Numbered from the stretch's first letter, positions 43,084 through 53,379 are shown. The stretch: DNA of 64,000 nucleotides from Methanotrichaceae archaeon (GCA_963748825.1 CAVVKN010000022.1:146056-210055); one strand, 5' to 3'. The notes: generated by a model from the letters alone, not told the origin. Numbers and translations: made by a program.

Positions 43084-43786
43084 GGCTATTGGCTCTCGGG
43101 CTCTTTGCAATAAACTCTTTTCCTGCAATTGCATTCCAGAATTTCGTTCAAGAGATGTCATCTCTCATCGTGACTTCGCGTCTTCGCGTGAGATGCTGCA
43201 GCCCTGATCAGCCCGGACGGTGGCCAAGCACACGCGCCTCGCGAGCAGAGGATGGACGAAGATGCCTGGCCTGGGGTCAAGACCGGGGAAATGTGGTGAA
43301 AGCGCCCTGCGGGTTTTGCGGCTTCTTATCCCAACGCTCCCTCTGGATTACTGGCGGCATCGATCTTCGGCCGCCTGGTGTGATGACCTCTTACGAGTAT
43401 GTATAACCTGCAAAGGTTTCATCATTTTCCATCCTTTTCCAGACAAGATCTAAATCACCTTTGTCTATTTGACCATTCCAGACTTTATGGAATGAATTTT
43501 CGACAATTGCCTGCTATCGATTAAACCCGCATCGGCAAAACAAAAAAAATGCTGCAGAATCCGCCGCGCAACATCAGACCTTTCGATGTCGAAAGCATAT
43601 TTATACCGGAGTTTATAAGATGTCAACCCATTTAGGTTCCTGCATCCTGCTTTTTTGTAGGGTCTAACCAAAAATTATTTATAGTTTTGATAATTTTTTA
43701 TAAAAATTTTGTTCAAAATACACTAATAGCTATTTATTTTTTGAACATATATTTGATTGAAATAGTAGGAAGATTTATCTACTATT

Positions 43787-44270
43787 ATGGGTCTAACTAG
43801 TATTATGCATTTCAAGGTCAAAAATATCAAAGGCCACAAATATTTGTATCTCATTAAAAATGATCGCATTGATGGGAAGGTCGTGCAAACAATCCAAAAA
43901 TATGTTGGAACCGCAGATAGCCTGTATGAAATGCTTACCTCTAACAAGTCTATTCGTATTGCCTCATATAGTCTCGGGAAACCTGCCGCTTTGATTAAGG
44001 CAGCTGAAGAAGTTGGTCTGATTGAGAGCATCAATAAGCACTTCAATCGGAAGAAAATTGATGGTCTGACGGCGGCTCAATACCTCCTCCTAATTATCAT
44101 TGGCAGATCTGAGCATGAACTTAGCCGAAATGTTCTCGGTGGCTATTTTAATAAGAGTGTCCTAAAATTCATTTGGAACCCCAAATATAAACTTTCAAGC
44201 CAAAATTTTCTTAATTATATGGCTCACCTTGATGAGGAGACTATCCAGAACATCGAACTGGATGTGTCGC
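43787..44270 (+). pseudogene. N-terminal fragment of a second IS1634-type transposase
   Basis: KNIKGHKYLY...RIDGKVVQ...YVG N-terminus; ends before the DDE core. Confidence 0.7.
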
Positions 44271-44376
44271 CATGCGTCATCGGTTAAGGCGCAAATCAAT
44301 TATAACAAGGCAAGAATTGTTCTTCTCACTTGACACTAGAATAGTGGCGTGGCCTAGAAGGCTCTCGATTATTTTT

Positions 44377-45363
44377 GCTGTGTCGATTAAATTTAAATAG
44401 CTAAAATATACATATAATGCCATGAAACATGTTGATACCAGAGACTGGCCAGAATATAATGCCAAACTTGTTCGAAGAGGCGAATTCTATCTCGATTTGA
44501 GTTGCGTGAAGAACTGGAGTTGGGAATTAAGAGAAATGAACAGAAAGAAAACAGGCGCTCCAAACAAATACCCGAATACTTTTATAACTTTTGCATCAAT
44601 AATATACTCTTTCTTTCGAATGCCATATCGTCAACTTGAAGGATTCATTGGACGACTTTCAACCTATGAACCAGGATTAGTGGCGGCAGATTATACCACA
44701 CTCCATAAGCGAATCTCTAAGCAATCTCTTGAGATCCAGATACCTGAGAATGATGCTGTTGTTGCAGTTGATTCAACTGGGATAAGGTAACAAATAGGGA
44801 GGATTGGATGCGCGAGAAACACGGAAAGCAGCGGCGAGGATGGCTTAAAGTTCATGTGGCAGTCGACGTTGAATCAAAGAGATTATTGTCAATGGAAGTT
44901 ACAGAAGAAGATACATCGGATTGCGAGGTTTTGCGCCCTTTGTTGAAAGACGTCAATATTAAGAGGGGTTAATGGATGGCGCATATGACACAAACGACGC
45001 ATTTAGATTTATGAAATCGAAAGGTGTGGATTGTCCAGGGATTAAGATCAGAGGGAACGCGATAGTAGGCAAAGATGCATCAGCCAGGTCAACAGCTGTT
45101 CCGGAATTTAAAAAAATGGGCCACAAGGGCTGGAAGCAAACGCATCAGTACGAAAGAAGGTGGGCAGTTGAAGGCTTCTTCTCATCGATCAAGCGTATCT
45201 TTGGAGAGACGGTTCGGGCATCTTCATCCGAAGGAATGGTCGCCGAGATTAAAAGAGCATTCATTTTGTATAATATACTTATGAACATATAGATAATTAT
45301 CTTAAACTGAATTATAAATTTTAAAGTTGAAAATATTAATAATATACAATTAAGCGACACAGC
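44377..45363 (+). mobile_element. IS5-family (IS903-like) element with frameshifted transposase
   Basis: TIRs GCTGTGTCGATTAA (44377-44390) and TTAAGCGACACAGC (45350-45363), 13/14 match; no TSD seen. Confidence 0.85.
44422..45292 (+). pseudogene. IS5-family transposase with two frameshifts (about 44787 and 44965)
   Basis: WPEYNAKLVRRG, DSTG, WLKVHVAVD, DGAYD, RWAVEGFFSSIKRIFG distributed across frames. Confidence 0.85.
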
Positions 45364-45558
45364 AGACACAGCAGTCTACTATGCAATATAGCTCAAAATT
45401 TTAAAATATATGCCTATACCTTAGCTCTCTTGAGAGAAATTTTGTCAGGGAATCAAAGTGGATTTTGGCCTTGGCCATTCTTTTAATTGTTGGCCTATGT
45501 TCAGCAAACAACATCTGTGATACTACAGGGCAGTGTTACGAATTCGCTGTAAAATAGT

Positions 45559-45926
45559 AGTAGCATATCTCCTGAACCTTTCCGGTAGACCCAGGCGTGC
45601 CGTCTTATATGGCAATCCTCTCATAAGTCCATATAAGACGGGAGCGTGACGATAAGGCCGCCTCGTTAACCTCGGCCTTTGCCTCGGGTGGGTGCGTTCG
45701 GCCCTCAAGCATGCCCTCCAGGTCAGCCAGGACGTTTCGCGGGCTAACCGCTATTCAGCCGGTAAAGGTGTAGAATGCTCTTATCTCCAACGGTCCTGGG
45801 AAAAGTTACTCGTAAACACGGGCGGGGTTCCCGTCCCCCGCACGCAATTGGCCCTTGATAAATCCGTTAGCTTACTCCCTTTCCAGCCATTCCCCAGCCG
45901 CCTGAGCACCCATCATCTTGGCGCAC
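45559..45926 (-). mobile_element. Group II intron 5' fragment (domain I only), IIB/chloroplast-like type
   Basis: Begins GTGCGCC; perfect 12-bp hairpin CGTCTTATATGG..CCATATAAGACG (EBS1-type stem) followed by CTGGGTCTACCGGAAAGG..GATATGCTACT; no RT ORF or domain V adjacent. Confidence 0.72.
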
Positions 45927-45988
45927 CTCAGATGGACAATGCTCGCCCAATGGTATTGGACATTCAACCACAAAATAGCCTGCCAAAA

Positions 45989-46402
45989 CTAAGCCTCCGC
46001 CGAAAACAGGTAGAACATCGCCTCCCCGCTATTAACCAGCCGCCGGACAAAGCCTGGCAGCTCTGCCACCTCGTCCATCAGCGGCCGGACCAGGACGTCC
46101 GCGCCCAGCTTCAAGGCCAGCAGGCCCATGGCCAGTTGCAGCTCCAGAGGCGGGCGGATGGAGTAGAGCAGGCTTGCCCCCCGGTACAGCTCCAGGCGGG
46201 GCGAAAATATGTCATCCTTCTCCACGCGCAGACTGCCCAAGATCCGCTCCTCTTTATCGGTGAGCACCACATCCAGGCCCCGTGCTTTCAGGCCCAGGGC
46301 CACATCGGCAAAGTAGCCCACCCCCACCTCGACCACGCGCCCTCTGTAATTTTCGGCGATGAACTCTGCCAGATCATCTGCTCCCCGTAATAATGACGTC
46401 AT
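45989..46402 (-). CDS. UPF0146-family protein
   Basis: RVVEVGVG, DDIFSPRLELY, YSIRPPLELQ. Confidence 0.88.
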   Translation of the reverse strand: MTSLLRGADDLAEFIAENYRGRVVEVGVGYFADVALGLKARGLDVVLTDKEERILGSLRVEKDDIFSPRLELYRGASLLYSIRPPLELQLAMGLLALKLGADVLVRPLMDEVAELPGFVRRLVNSGEAMFYLFSAEA

Positions 46403-46481
46403 ACACCCAATTACAGCTTAATTTCTGGCTTTACTTCCTGATTTTAGAGATCGGACTTCAAGCAATTATCGGCTCTTCGCA

Positions 46482-46627
46482 ATTATTAACCACAGAGACT
46501 CGCAAACTTCGTTGTCTCCAGTCCAACAAACTTGAAAAGCCTAGAAAATTGACTCCGTGATAATCGTAGTTCTCCGTTTGTTCGTCCTCTGTGCGCTCTG
46601 CGCCTCTGTGGTTTTATTCCGTAAACC
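46482..46627 (-). repeat. MITE-like element, copy 2
   Basis: Reverse complement starts GGTTTACGGAATAAAACCACAGAGGCGCAGAGCGCACAGAG and ends TCTCTGTGGTTAATAAT. Confidence 0.7.
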
Positions 46628-46684
46628 CTGGTTAAAAAGGTAATGGCGAAGACCATGACTTAAAATATCTCGCGACGCACCTGC

Positions 46685-46831
46685 TCATCTAAATCGAATA
46701 ATCATATCAGGAAGGTGGCATGTATCTGGTTCTCCATCAATGAGGTCCGAGATGAGCTTGGCTGAGAGCGCAGTGAAATCTTCTTGATCATCAAGCATCG
46801 CTTGATTCTCAGTTCGAGTGCGTTCATCCAT
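46685..46831 (-). CDS. 48-aa orphan antitoxin-like peptide
   Basis: MDERTRTENQAMLDDQEDFTALSAKLISDLIDGEPDTCHLPDMIIRFR resembles the EPDIYS..DLKVRY-type small antitoxins of methanogens; below the ORF-track cutoff. Confidence 0.4.
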   Translation of the reverse strand: MDERTRTENQAMLDDQEDFTALSAKLISDLIDGEPDTCHLPDMIIRFR

Positions 46832-47009
46832 TAGTTTTATTTTCTCTTTAATAATAGTTATATTCCTCGCTGCACCCTCATCTTCATTAGGTCAAACTGA
46901 AAGCAACACTAAATTCTTTTCGCTAAGATTTAGCTTTTGTGTAGTCCAGAAACCTTTGATTTATGTACCCATCAATTTAGCATGGGAAATGAGAATGAAG
47001 TTGCAAAGA

Positions 47010-47154
47010 TATCGGTGAGCACCACATCCAGGCCGCGCGCTTGCAGGCCCAGGGCCACCTCCGGGAAATAGCCCACCCCCACTTCCACCACGCGGCCTTT
47101 GTAATTTTCGGCGATGAACTGCGCCAGATCATCTGCGCCCCGTAGTAACGACAT
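47010..47154 (-). pseudogene. Duplicated 5' third of the UPF0146 gene
   Basis: Aligns to 46255-46399 with mostly synonymous differences, then diverges abruptly after VVLTD. Confidence 0.85.
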
Positions 47155-47187
47155 CAGACACCTCGTGCAAAAAATATTTTACTATTC

Positions 47188-47424
47188 TTATGCAGCAGAA
47201 AGCCATTCTTCGCGACTGACCTCTGCCTGTTTCAGTATCTTCATGAGGAGACCAATGCCGATATCTTGCTTGTGCGGATTTGGTAGATCAACGGTAAGAT
47301 CCCCTCGTTTCATAAAGTAAGGATGCGGGCCGCTGCTGAGATATGGTCCTTCAAAGCCAAGATCCCGTAGTCGCCTGGCCAGCTCGTTCCAGGATACATT
47401 TGTAATCCTAGACAACTGCCTCAA
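47188..47424 (-). CDS. hicA: HicA-family toxin (start may be TTG 47415)
   Basis: LGFEGP..G.HP.FM..G...V.LPNPH..DIGIGLL..IL. Confidence 0.88.
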   Translation of the reverse strand: MRQLSRITNVSWNELARRLRDLGFEGPYLSSGPHPYFMKRGDLTVDLPNPHKQDIGIGLLMKILKQAEVSREEWLSAA

Positions 47425-47662
47425 CCCTGCTGGGTGTTTCTATGGTATGCCCGCCGACAGGAGGAATTGCCAGCCCCAACCTCAACCTCAAAGCGATCCA
47501 GCCTTCGACAACGCCTTTTAAATTTTCGCGGCATTCTTCCAGGTTTTTTCCGATTGCCCAGACACCTCGCAGTTCTGTAATCTCTCCATAAAATGGTTCT
47601 TCGTCATCAATGATCTCATAGGTTGCTTTGGACAGCGCCGCATGAATGTATTCACAGAACAT
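47408..47662 (-). CDS. hicB: HicB-family antitoxin
   Basis: FYGEI.ELRGVWA.G.NLEECRENL..VVEGWI. Confidence 0.88.
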   Translation of the reverse strand: MFCEYIHAALSKATYEIIDDEEPFYGEITELRGVWAIGKNLEECRENLKGVVEGWIALRLRLGLAIPPVGGHTIETPSRVEAVV

Positions 47663-47852
47663 GTCGATATGTATTGAATCTTCAAAAGATTTAAACCTAG
47701 GGATTGAAGAAGCAATTGGAGTGCTGAGGGGCGTAGATGGGTCGTTGTCTCAATTGTCTACAAACGACTTTAAAGCGTTCAAGCACTTGTCCGCAATAAT
47801 TATTAACATATATCACTATTTAGTTATGCTAGCAATGAGGGGGAAATAGGTA

Positions 47853-48890
47853 TTGCAGTCAGATTTACGTGAGTCTAGCGAATACGAAGACGGTTTTGGC
47901 ATTCCTAAGATCCTGGTCGTCGGCTGTGGTGGGGCAGGCAATAACACAGTGAGCCGGCTGGCCAGGATGGGCCTTGCCGGGGCAAAGACCGTGGCCGTCA
48001 ACACGGACAACCAGCACCTGAAAACAGCCCAGGCGGATGAGAAGATTCTGATTGGGCAAAAGCTCACCAGGGGCATGGGTGCGGGCGGCGATCCCGAGGT
48101 GGGCCGAAAGGCAGCGGAGCTGGCCGCGCCTGAGCTGGAGAGCATGCTGCGAGGAGCCGACCTGGTCTTCGTGATCGCGGGCTTAGGCGGCGGCACGGGC
48201 ACGGGATCGGCCCCGGTCGTGGCCCGCCTGGCCAAAGAGCGAGGCGCAATTGTGGTGGCCATGGTGACCACGCCCTTTCACCTGGAGAGGGCACGCATCT
48301 TTGTGGCCGAGGAGGGGCTGGAGGCGCTGCGCGGCTATGCAGACACTGCAATCGTCATGGATAACAACCGCCTTTTAGAATGCGCGCCCCATCTGCCATT
48401 CCAGCACGCCTTTTCCGTCGTCGATCAGATCATAGCCGAGACCGTGCAGGGTATCTGCGACACCATAACCTGTCCCTCTCTCATCAATCTGGACTTCGCC
48501 GACGTTTGCACCACCATGAGCTGCGGTGGAGCCTCTTTCATGTTTGTGGGCGAGGGCAAAATGAAAAGCAGCCCGGAGAAGATCGTGCGCGCAGCTCTGA
48601 AAAATCCACTGCTCGACGTGGACTATCGCGGAGCCGGGGCATGCCTTCTGCACATGACCGGCGGGCCGGATATGACCATGAAAGAGGCAGCCGCCATCGC
48701 CGGGGCCCTCACCCAGGAGCTTGACCCCAAGGCCAATGTCATCTGGGGAGCGAGGATCCGGCCCGAATTTACTGGAAAAGTGAGGCTGATGGCCATAATC
48801 ACGGGTGTGAAATCGGCGCAGGTTCTCGCGCCTTCCCAGTCCCGGCGATTGAGGCCGCAAAGAGAAAAGCAGATAGATGTGATAAAATGA
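47853..48890 (+). CDS. ftsZ: Cell division protein FtsZ (FtsZ2-like)
   Basis: [27 protein letters not shown]7 loop, NVIWGARI. Confidence 0.95.
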   Translation: MQSDLRESSEYEDGFGIPKILVVGCGGAGNNTVSRLARMGLAGAKTVAVNTDNQHLKTAQADEKILIGQKLTRGMGAGGDPEVGRKAAELAAPELESMLRGADLVFVIAGLGGGTGTGSAPVVARLAKERGAIVVAMVTTPFHLERARIFVAEEGLEALRGYADTAIVMDNNRLLECAPHLPFQHAFSVVDQIIAETVQGICDTITCPSLINLDFADVCTTMSCGGASFMFVGEGKMKSSPEKIVRAALKNPLLDVDYRGAGACLLHMTGGPDMTMKEAAAIAGALTQELDPKANVIWGARIRPEFTGKVRLMAIITGVKSAQVLAPSQSRRLRPQREKQIDVIK

Positions 48891-48982
48891 GCGAGATAAT
48901 GCTTCAGATCGTAGCCCTCATGCTATCAGTAGTCCTGGCAGTGGGCACCATCTTTGGTATACGCCTCTACCTGGAAATTTGA
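48887..48982 (+). CDS. 31-aa single-TM small protein coupled to ftsZ
   Basis: ATGA overlap with the ftsZ stop; [31 protein letters not shown]. Confidence 0.55.
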   Translation: MSEIMLQIVALMLSVVLAVGTIFGIRLYLEI

Positions 48983-49003
48983 AAAGCAAAGGGATTTGCT
49001 TTT

Positions 49004-50263
49004 CTAGCCCTGACCCTTAGGAGTCACCCTCTGAAACTTCCAGAGCCGATCCAGCCTGGCTGTTGCGTCTACTCCCACCTTTGTGGTGATGCCCTCCTTA
49101 CTTCGTGGGTCAAGGGTGCTGCCCCGCACGTTCGGGTGAATCACAACGTCCTCGTCTGCTCGCATGCGCGTGGCAATGGCAAATTCCAGATCGTGCGGAT
49201 CGTAGATGTCTATGTCTGTGTCAACTACCAGGACGTGCTTAAGCGAGCCGTGCGCCTGAATAGCAGCCTCAATTACTCTTCTCGCATCCTCTTCCGTCTC
49301 CTTCTCTATCTGCACTACGGCATGGAAGTAATTGCATCCGCCATCCGTCAGGATGACGTTCTTGACATTTGCTACCTTAGAGGCGGCTTTGTAAATCAGG
49401 GGCTCGTAGGGCACTCCCATGAGCATCTTGTGCTCGCCGCCTGCGGGAAGCAGGCCGTGGTAGATGGGATCCTCTCGCGTCATCATCCTGGTGAGCCGGA
49501 TGACAGGCTCCTGCCGGACGAGATCGCAGGTGCCGGTGATGTCCACGAAGGGGCCCTCGCTGGCCCGCTCGCCAGTGATGTAGCCCTCCAGCACGATCTC
49601 GGCATGAGGAGAGAGAACGCCGTTATCCAGGCGCACCAGCTCCACGGGAGCGCCCCGAAGGGCAGCGGCATATGAAAACTCCTTCTCCGGGGGAACGCGA
49701 GTGGAGGCAGCCATGAGCAGCAGCGGGTCCACGCCTATGGCGATAGCCACAGGCACTTCTTCTCCTTTAGCAAAAGCCGCCTGGTAGAACTGATGAGTAT
49801 GCCTTCCGGGAACGAGACGCACTGCCAGCCGGTCTTTTCCCAGGACCATGAGCCGGTGCACGCAGGCATTGATTTTTCCCTCAAACTGGCTTACCACCAC
49901 TGCCGAGGTGATGTAAGGGCCGCCGTCCCCTTTAAAATGGGTGAGAATGGGCAACCGGAAGAGATCGGGCATACTGGCGCACTCCATAAAAGGAGAAGAG
50001 TCCACCTCGCGAACGGGACCCTCGTAGCCGATGCCCGCGAGATGAGAGACCATATCTTTGCCAGAAATTCCCAGAGCCCTGGCCAGCAGACTGCGCGTTC
50101 CCAGGATGTTCAGGCAGCACTTATGGCCATCCACGTTGTTAAACAATATGGGGCCCTTTCCCCAGGCACGATCCGTGACCTCAAGCAGGGGAGATACGGA
50201 TTCATGCACCTCTTTTAGCAGTCCGTCATTCTTCAAATCAGCGAGGAAACCCCTAAAGTTCAT
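49004..50263 (-). CDS. UbiD-family decarboxylase (probable anhydromevalonate phosphate decarboxylase)
   Basis: DGGPYIT, HRLMV, EGPFVD.TG, GSTLDP; AcnX genes nearby. Confidence 0.9.
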   Translation of the reverse strand: MNFRGFLADLKNDGLLKEVHESVSPLLEVTDRAWGKGPILFNNVDGHKCCLNILGTRSLLARALGISGKDMVSHLAGIGYEGPVREVDSSPFMECASMPDLFRLPILTHFKGDGGPYITSAVVVSQFEGKINACVHRLMVLGKDRLAVRLVPGRHTHQFYQAAFAKGEEVPVAIAIGVDPLLLMAASTRVPPEKEFSYAAALRGAPVELVRLDNGVLSPHAEIVLEGYITGERASEGPFVDITGTCDLVRQEPVIRLTRMMTREDPIYHGLLPAGGEHKMLMGVPYEPLIYKAASKVANVKNVILTDGGCNYFHAVVQIEKETEEDARRVIEAAIQAHGSLKHVLVVDTDIDIYDPHDLEFAIATRMRADEDVVIHPNVRGSTLDPRSKEGITTKVGVDATARLDRLWKFQRVTPKGQG

Positions 50264-50554
50264 GCTTAAGACTCTTTACGCTTATCTTAAAGCTCTTTTC
50301 CATTCGTTCCTTTCCACTCATGCCTTTTCGCTCATACCCAGGAGCACGGCAATCAGGCCGGACAGAAAGACGCCGCCAAAGGTTCCGGTTCTGCCGATGC
50401 CGGGCCACCGGCGCTCCCAATCCCGGGCTCTTTTGGCGCACCAAAAGTATAAGCGATCTTCTTTGGGTCTGCTATTAACTCACCGCGAAAGATACCGTCT
50501 GCATACATAGAAAATTCACATGGGTTTTTTCACCATCATTTTTAACTACTCCAG

Positions 50555-52534
50555 ATGCACCACGAATGCCGGATGCCGGCTGATGATATGAATGGCATAA
50601 CCGGGAAGATATCGGCGCTCGCGGGACTGCTCGCGGGAATAGTAGCCGTCGCCGTAGGATGCATATTTCTCATCTTCGCTTTGCCATCGTTGGGACGGCC
50701 TGGGGAGTTTGATTATTTCTTCTCCCAGGCAGCGGGCGGCTTTCTCATCATTCTGCTGGGGCTGCAAGGAATTTTTGCCGCGGCTTTGGCTTGGCCAAGT
50801 CGCAAAGCAGAGCGGGCGCTTCTCCTCCTGAACAGCCTGTTTTCCCTTTGTATCTTTGCAACGCTGGCCTTTTATCGGGAGTGGACAGCCTGCGCCATTA
50901 TCATCATAATTGTAGCCATAACCTGGGCTGCTTTGCACCGCCGCAAGGATGCGGCTCCGATTCTTTTTCTCTTTGCCGGACTATTCGGCTTTCCCCTCAC
51001 CCAGGCGGCCATAACCCTGCTTCCTTACGGCTGGAAGACCTGGTCCATCTCGGGGGTTTTATTCCTCTTTTGCGCCATGTTCCTATCCTTTTCGGGGCAT
51101 TTCAGCCGGTTGCCTCTGCTTTCCAGTGGAGGGAGCCGGAGGTGGGGCCATCTTCTCTATGCCCTGCTCTGCCTGGCATTGATCGTCCTCGCCATATCAG
51201 CGCTCGTTTACCTTCCCGGACCGGCCGGTCCCGGAACTACAGGTACGTTGGCTAAATCTGTGCAAAGCGAAAACGGCACAGCAAATCAGACAGAGCTGAA
51301 AGACTGCGGGTGCAACGGCAGATCTTCGCAAAATTTGCAAGAATCGTTTCCTCAGAATAGTAGCGACCAGTATGACAATTCTGACAAGATCAGGGCGAAA
51401 ATTCTCTCACCCGGAGATGTGCGCACCTTCCCACGTGGCGAGACCGTGCTCTTTTCGGCGGCAGCTTGCGGCAACGGGCCACTACGCTACGTATGGCAAT
51501 CGAGCAGGGATGGCATCATAGGCAAGAGCGCGTCCTTCCGAAAGGATAATTTAAGCAATGGATGGCATAATATCTCCCTTACTATTACTAACAGCAGCGG
51601 CATTTCCTCCTCTGCCTTCATAGAAATCGGCATAGCCGAGCCCTGGGTTTGTGGTCAGGTTGATCCCAGGCCGAAGTATTATCCACTGGACACCCCCTGC
51701 CAGGACATCTGGCCAGATGCGCCGGAGCGGTGCCAAGAGATAGAGGTCTGCCATCCCAGCCTGGACTGGATAGTGGCAGAGTCCATCGATTGTTGCGACG
51801 GGACTCCTCTTCCCAACACCGCCTGCTCCGATGCCTGCAACCGATCAGGAGGCGACCGGAAAAAGTGCCGCGGCATTTTTATCATCAACTCCTTTGGGCC
51901 AGATGCCCGGTATATGCAGGGCTATGCGCTCTTCAAAACTTGCTGCTCCGGCTATCCAGAGTGCACACGTATGTGTGGCTCCAGCCTGGCTGGAACTTGC
52001 ACTTTTATGGATGGCTATAATGAAAATGTATCCAAACTCTCCTGCCGGCCGGAGGAGAGTGGCGTCTCTGCCTGGCATTCGGACACGAACATGAGCGAAA
52101 ACAGCGCCGTGCTGGGCATATTTCCCACCCACGCCACGGTGAACATCCTGCAAACAGGCGTTTGCAGTGATTACTCGGCGGCCTTAACCACAATGCTCCG
52201 GAAAGCCGGCTATAACAAGAGCGAGGCCTTCAGCACTTCCAGCTCGGCCTTTGATCTTCCACTTGTGGGTGATCATCCTGGCCATGCCTTCAATCTGGTG
52301 CTTCTGCCCGGCGACACAAAGTACCACATCGTGGATACAACTGGAAATGGCGACGGGATAAATCTGGGTGGAGTGCCCGGATATTTCCAATTTACAGGCT
52401 GCTTCCTGGGAATGCCCTCACACACCCGGATAATGGACTGGTGGATGGGCTATTGCAAAATGATCTCGCCCCAGAGCTACAATGATGCCGGTGATGCGAG
52501 GACTCCGGAAAAAGAGAAAATTTTTGGATGCTAA
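50555..52534 (+). CDS. Multi-TM protein with PKD-like, Cys-rich and transglutaminase-like domains
   Basis: N-terminal TM helices; YVWQSSRDG..LSNGWHNISL; GVCSDYS..HAFN..IVDTT triad. Confidence 0.75.
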   Translation: MHHECRMPADDMNGITGKISALAGLLAGIVAVAVGCIFLIFALPSLGRPGEFDYFFSQAAGGFLIILLGLQGIFAAALAWPSRKAERALLLLNSLFSLCIFATLAFYREWTACAIIIIIVAITWAALHRRKDAAPILFLFAGLFGFPLTQAAITLLPYGWKTWSISGVLFLFCAMFLSFSGHFSRLPLLSSGGSRRWGHLLYALLCLALIVLAISALVYLPGPAGPGTTGTLAKSVQSENGTANQTELKDCGCNGRSSQNLQESFPQNSSDQYDNSDKIRAKILSPGDVRTFPRGETVLFSAAACGNGPLRYVWQSSRDGIIGKSASFRKDNLSNGWHNISLTITNSSGISSSAFIEIGIAEPWVCGQVDPRPKYYPLDTPCQDIWPDAPERCQEIEVCHPSLDWIVAESIDCCDGTPLPNTACSDACNRSGGDRKKCRGIFIINSFGPDARYMQGYALFKTCCSGYPECTRMCGSSLAGTCTFMDGYNENVSKLSCRPEESGVSAWHSDTNMSENSAVLGIFPTHATVNILQTGVCSDYSAALTTMLRKAGYNKSEAFSTSSSAFDLPLVGDHPGHAFNLVLLPGDTKYHIVDTTGNGDGINLGGVPGYFQFTGCFLGMPSHTRIMDWWMGYCKMISPQSYNDAGDARTPEKEKIFGC

Positions 52535-53379
52535 GCTTTCCACTTAATCGTATTGCCCTTCATCTTTAGCATCCCTTTCTTCTCCAGGGATCGAGCAATC
52601 TCTTCCGCAACCAGGCTGGCATCAATGCTAAATACATTCCAGTTTCCTAAATCGACAACGCACTTATCTGCAAATTCCTCAATGTCCATCTTTCCCTTTG
52701 CCGGTTGTTCTACCAGATATTGTATCACCTTAGCCAGTCCCATTATCGTCATAAATTCTTGCTGGTATTCATGTCGAAACTCATCATCAATATCATGATA
52801 AAATGGGGCTGAAGCTTCATCTATGGTGATCTCATAAACCTTTTCCATATCAACATCTATTCTCTCCCTTTGCATTGGATCATCGGGATCGAAATCATTG
52901 CGTTTAATCGGAATGCTGACGACGGGATCATCAAGCCTGCTGCCTATCGGCACTGCTAGAGGTATTTTGTTAAGATTTAGAACATCCTCTGCAAAACTCA
53001 ATGCTAAAATAAATTCAGCCATGGATCTGCCGACTTCTTCTGGGGTCTTTTCATCCATATCCTCAGACAAATCCTTTTGCAGGCTGAAACTGTCCCTTAT
53101 CTCTCTCCAGTTAGGGTCTAGCTCACTCAGGAAAAGATCTCTGAATTCATCTTGCGTAGATGCCTTTTCCACAGCTGCTTTGATGGCAGCCAGGAAGCGT
53201 TCATATTTTAGAGAGAACTCATCGCGTTCTTTCATCTCGCTTAGCTTGCCCTGCAAGGAAGTTGTGACATCCATCTTAGCCACGACCAGGCCCTTAACAT
53301 CCACTTTGAACCCGGCATCCTTCAGATAGGCTGCGATGGGCTTTGCCACATCCTCGCTATATTCTCCTACCTTGAACAT
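52531..53379 (-). CDS. Hypothetical acidic protein
   Basis: 282-aa ORF with protein-like composition. Confidence 0.75.
   Translation of the reverse strand: MFKVGEYSEDVAKPIAAYLKDAGFKVDVKGLVVAKMDVTTSLQGKLSEMKERDEFSLKYERFLAAIKAAVEKASTQDEFRDLFLSELDPNWREIRDSFSLQKDLSEDMDEKTPEEVGRSMAEFILALSFAEDVLNLNKIPLAVPIGSRLDDPVVSIPIKRNDFDPDDPMQRERIDVDMEKVYEITIDEASAPFYHDIDDEFRHEYQQEFMTIMGLAKVIQYLVEQPAKGKMDIEEFADKCVVDLGNWNVFSIDASLVAEEIARSLEKKGMLKMKGNTIKWKA

Noticed and set aside
45400-45558. Possible reverse transcriptase N-terminal remnant after the intron fragment
   Set aside because: Only vague similarity and interrupted by stops; intron similarity ends within domain I, before an ORF would start
45692-46390. 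232-aa plus-strand ORF
   Set aside because: Antisense to the UPF0146 gene and the intron RNA; no protein motifs
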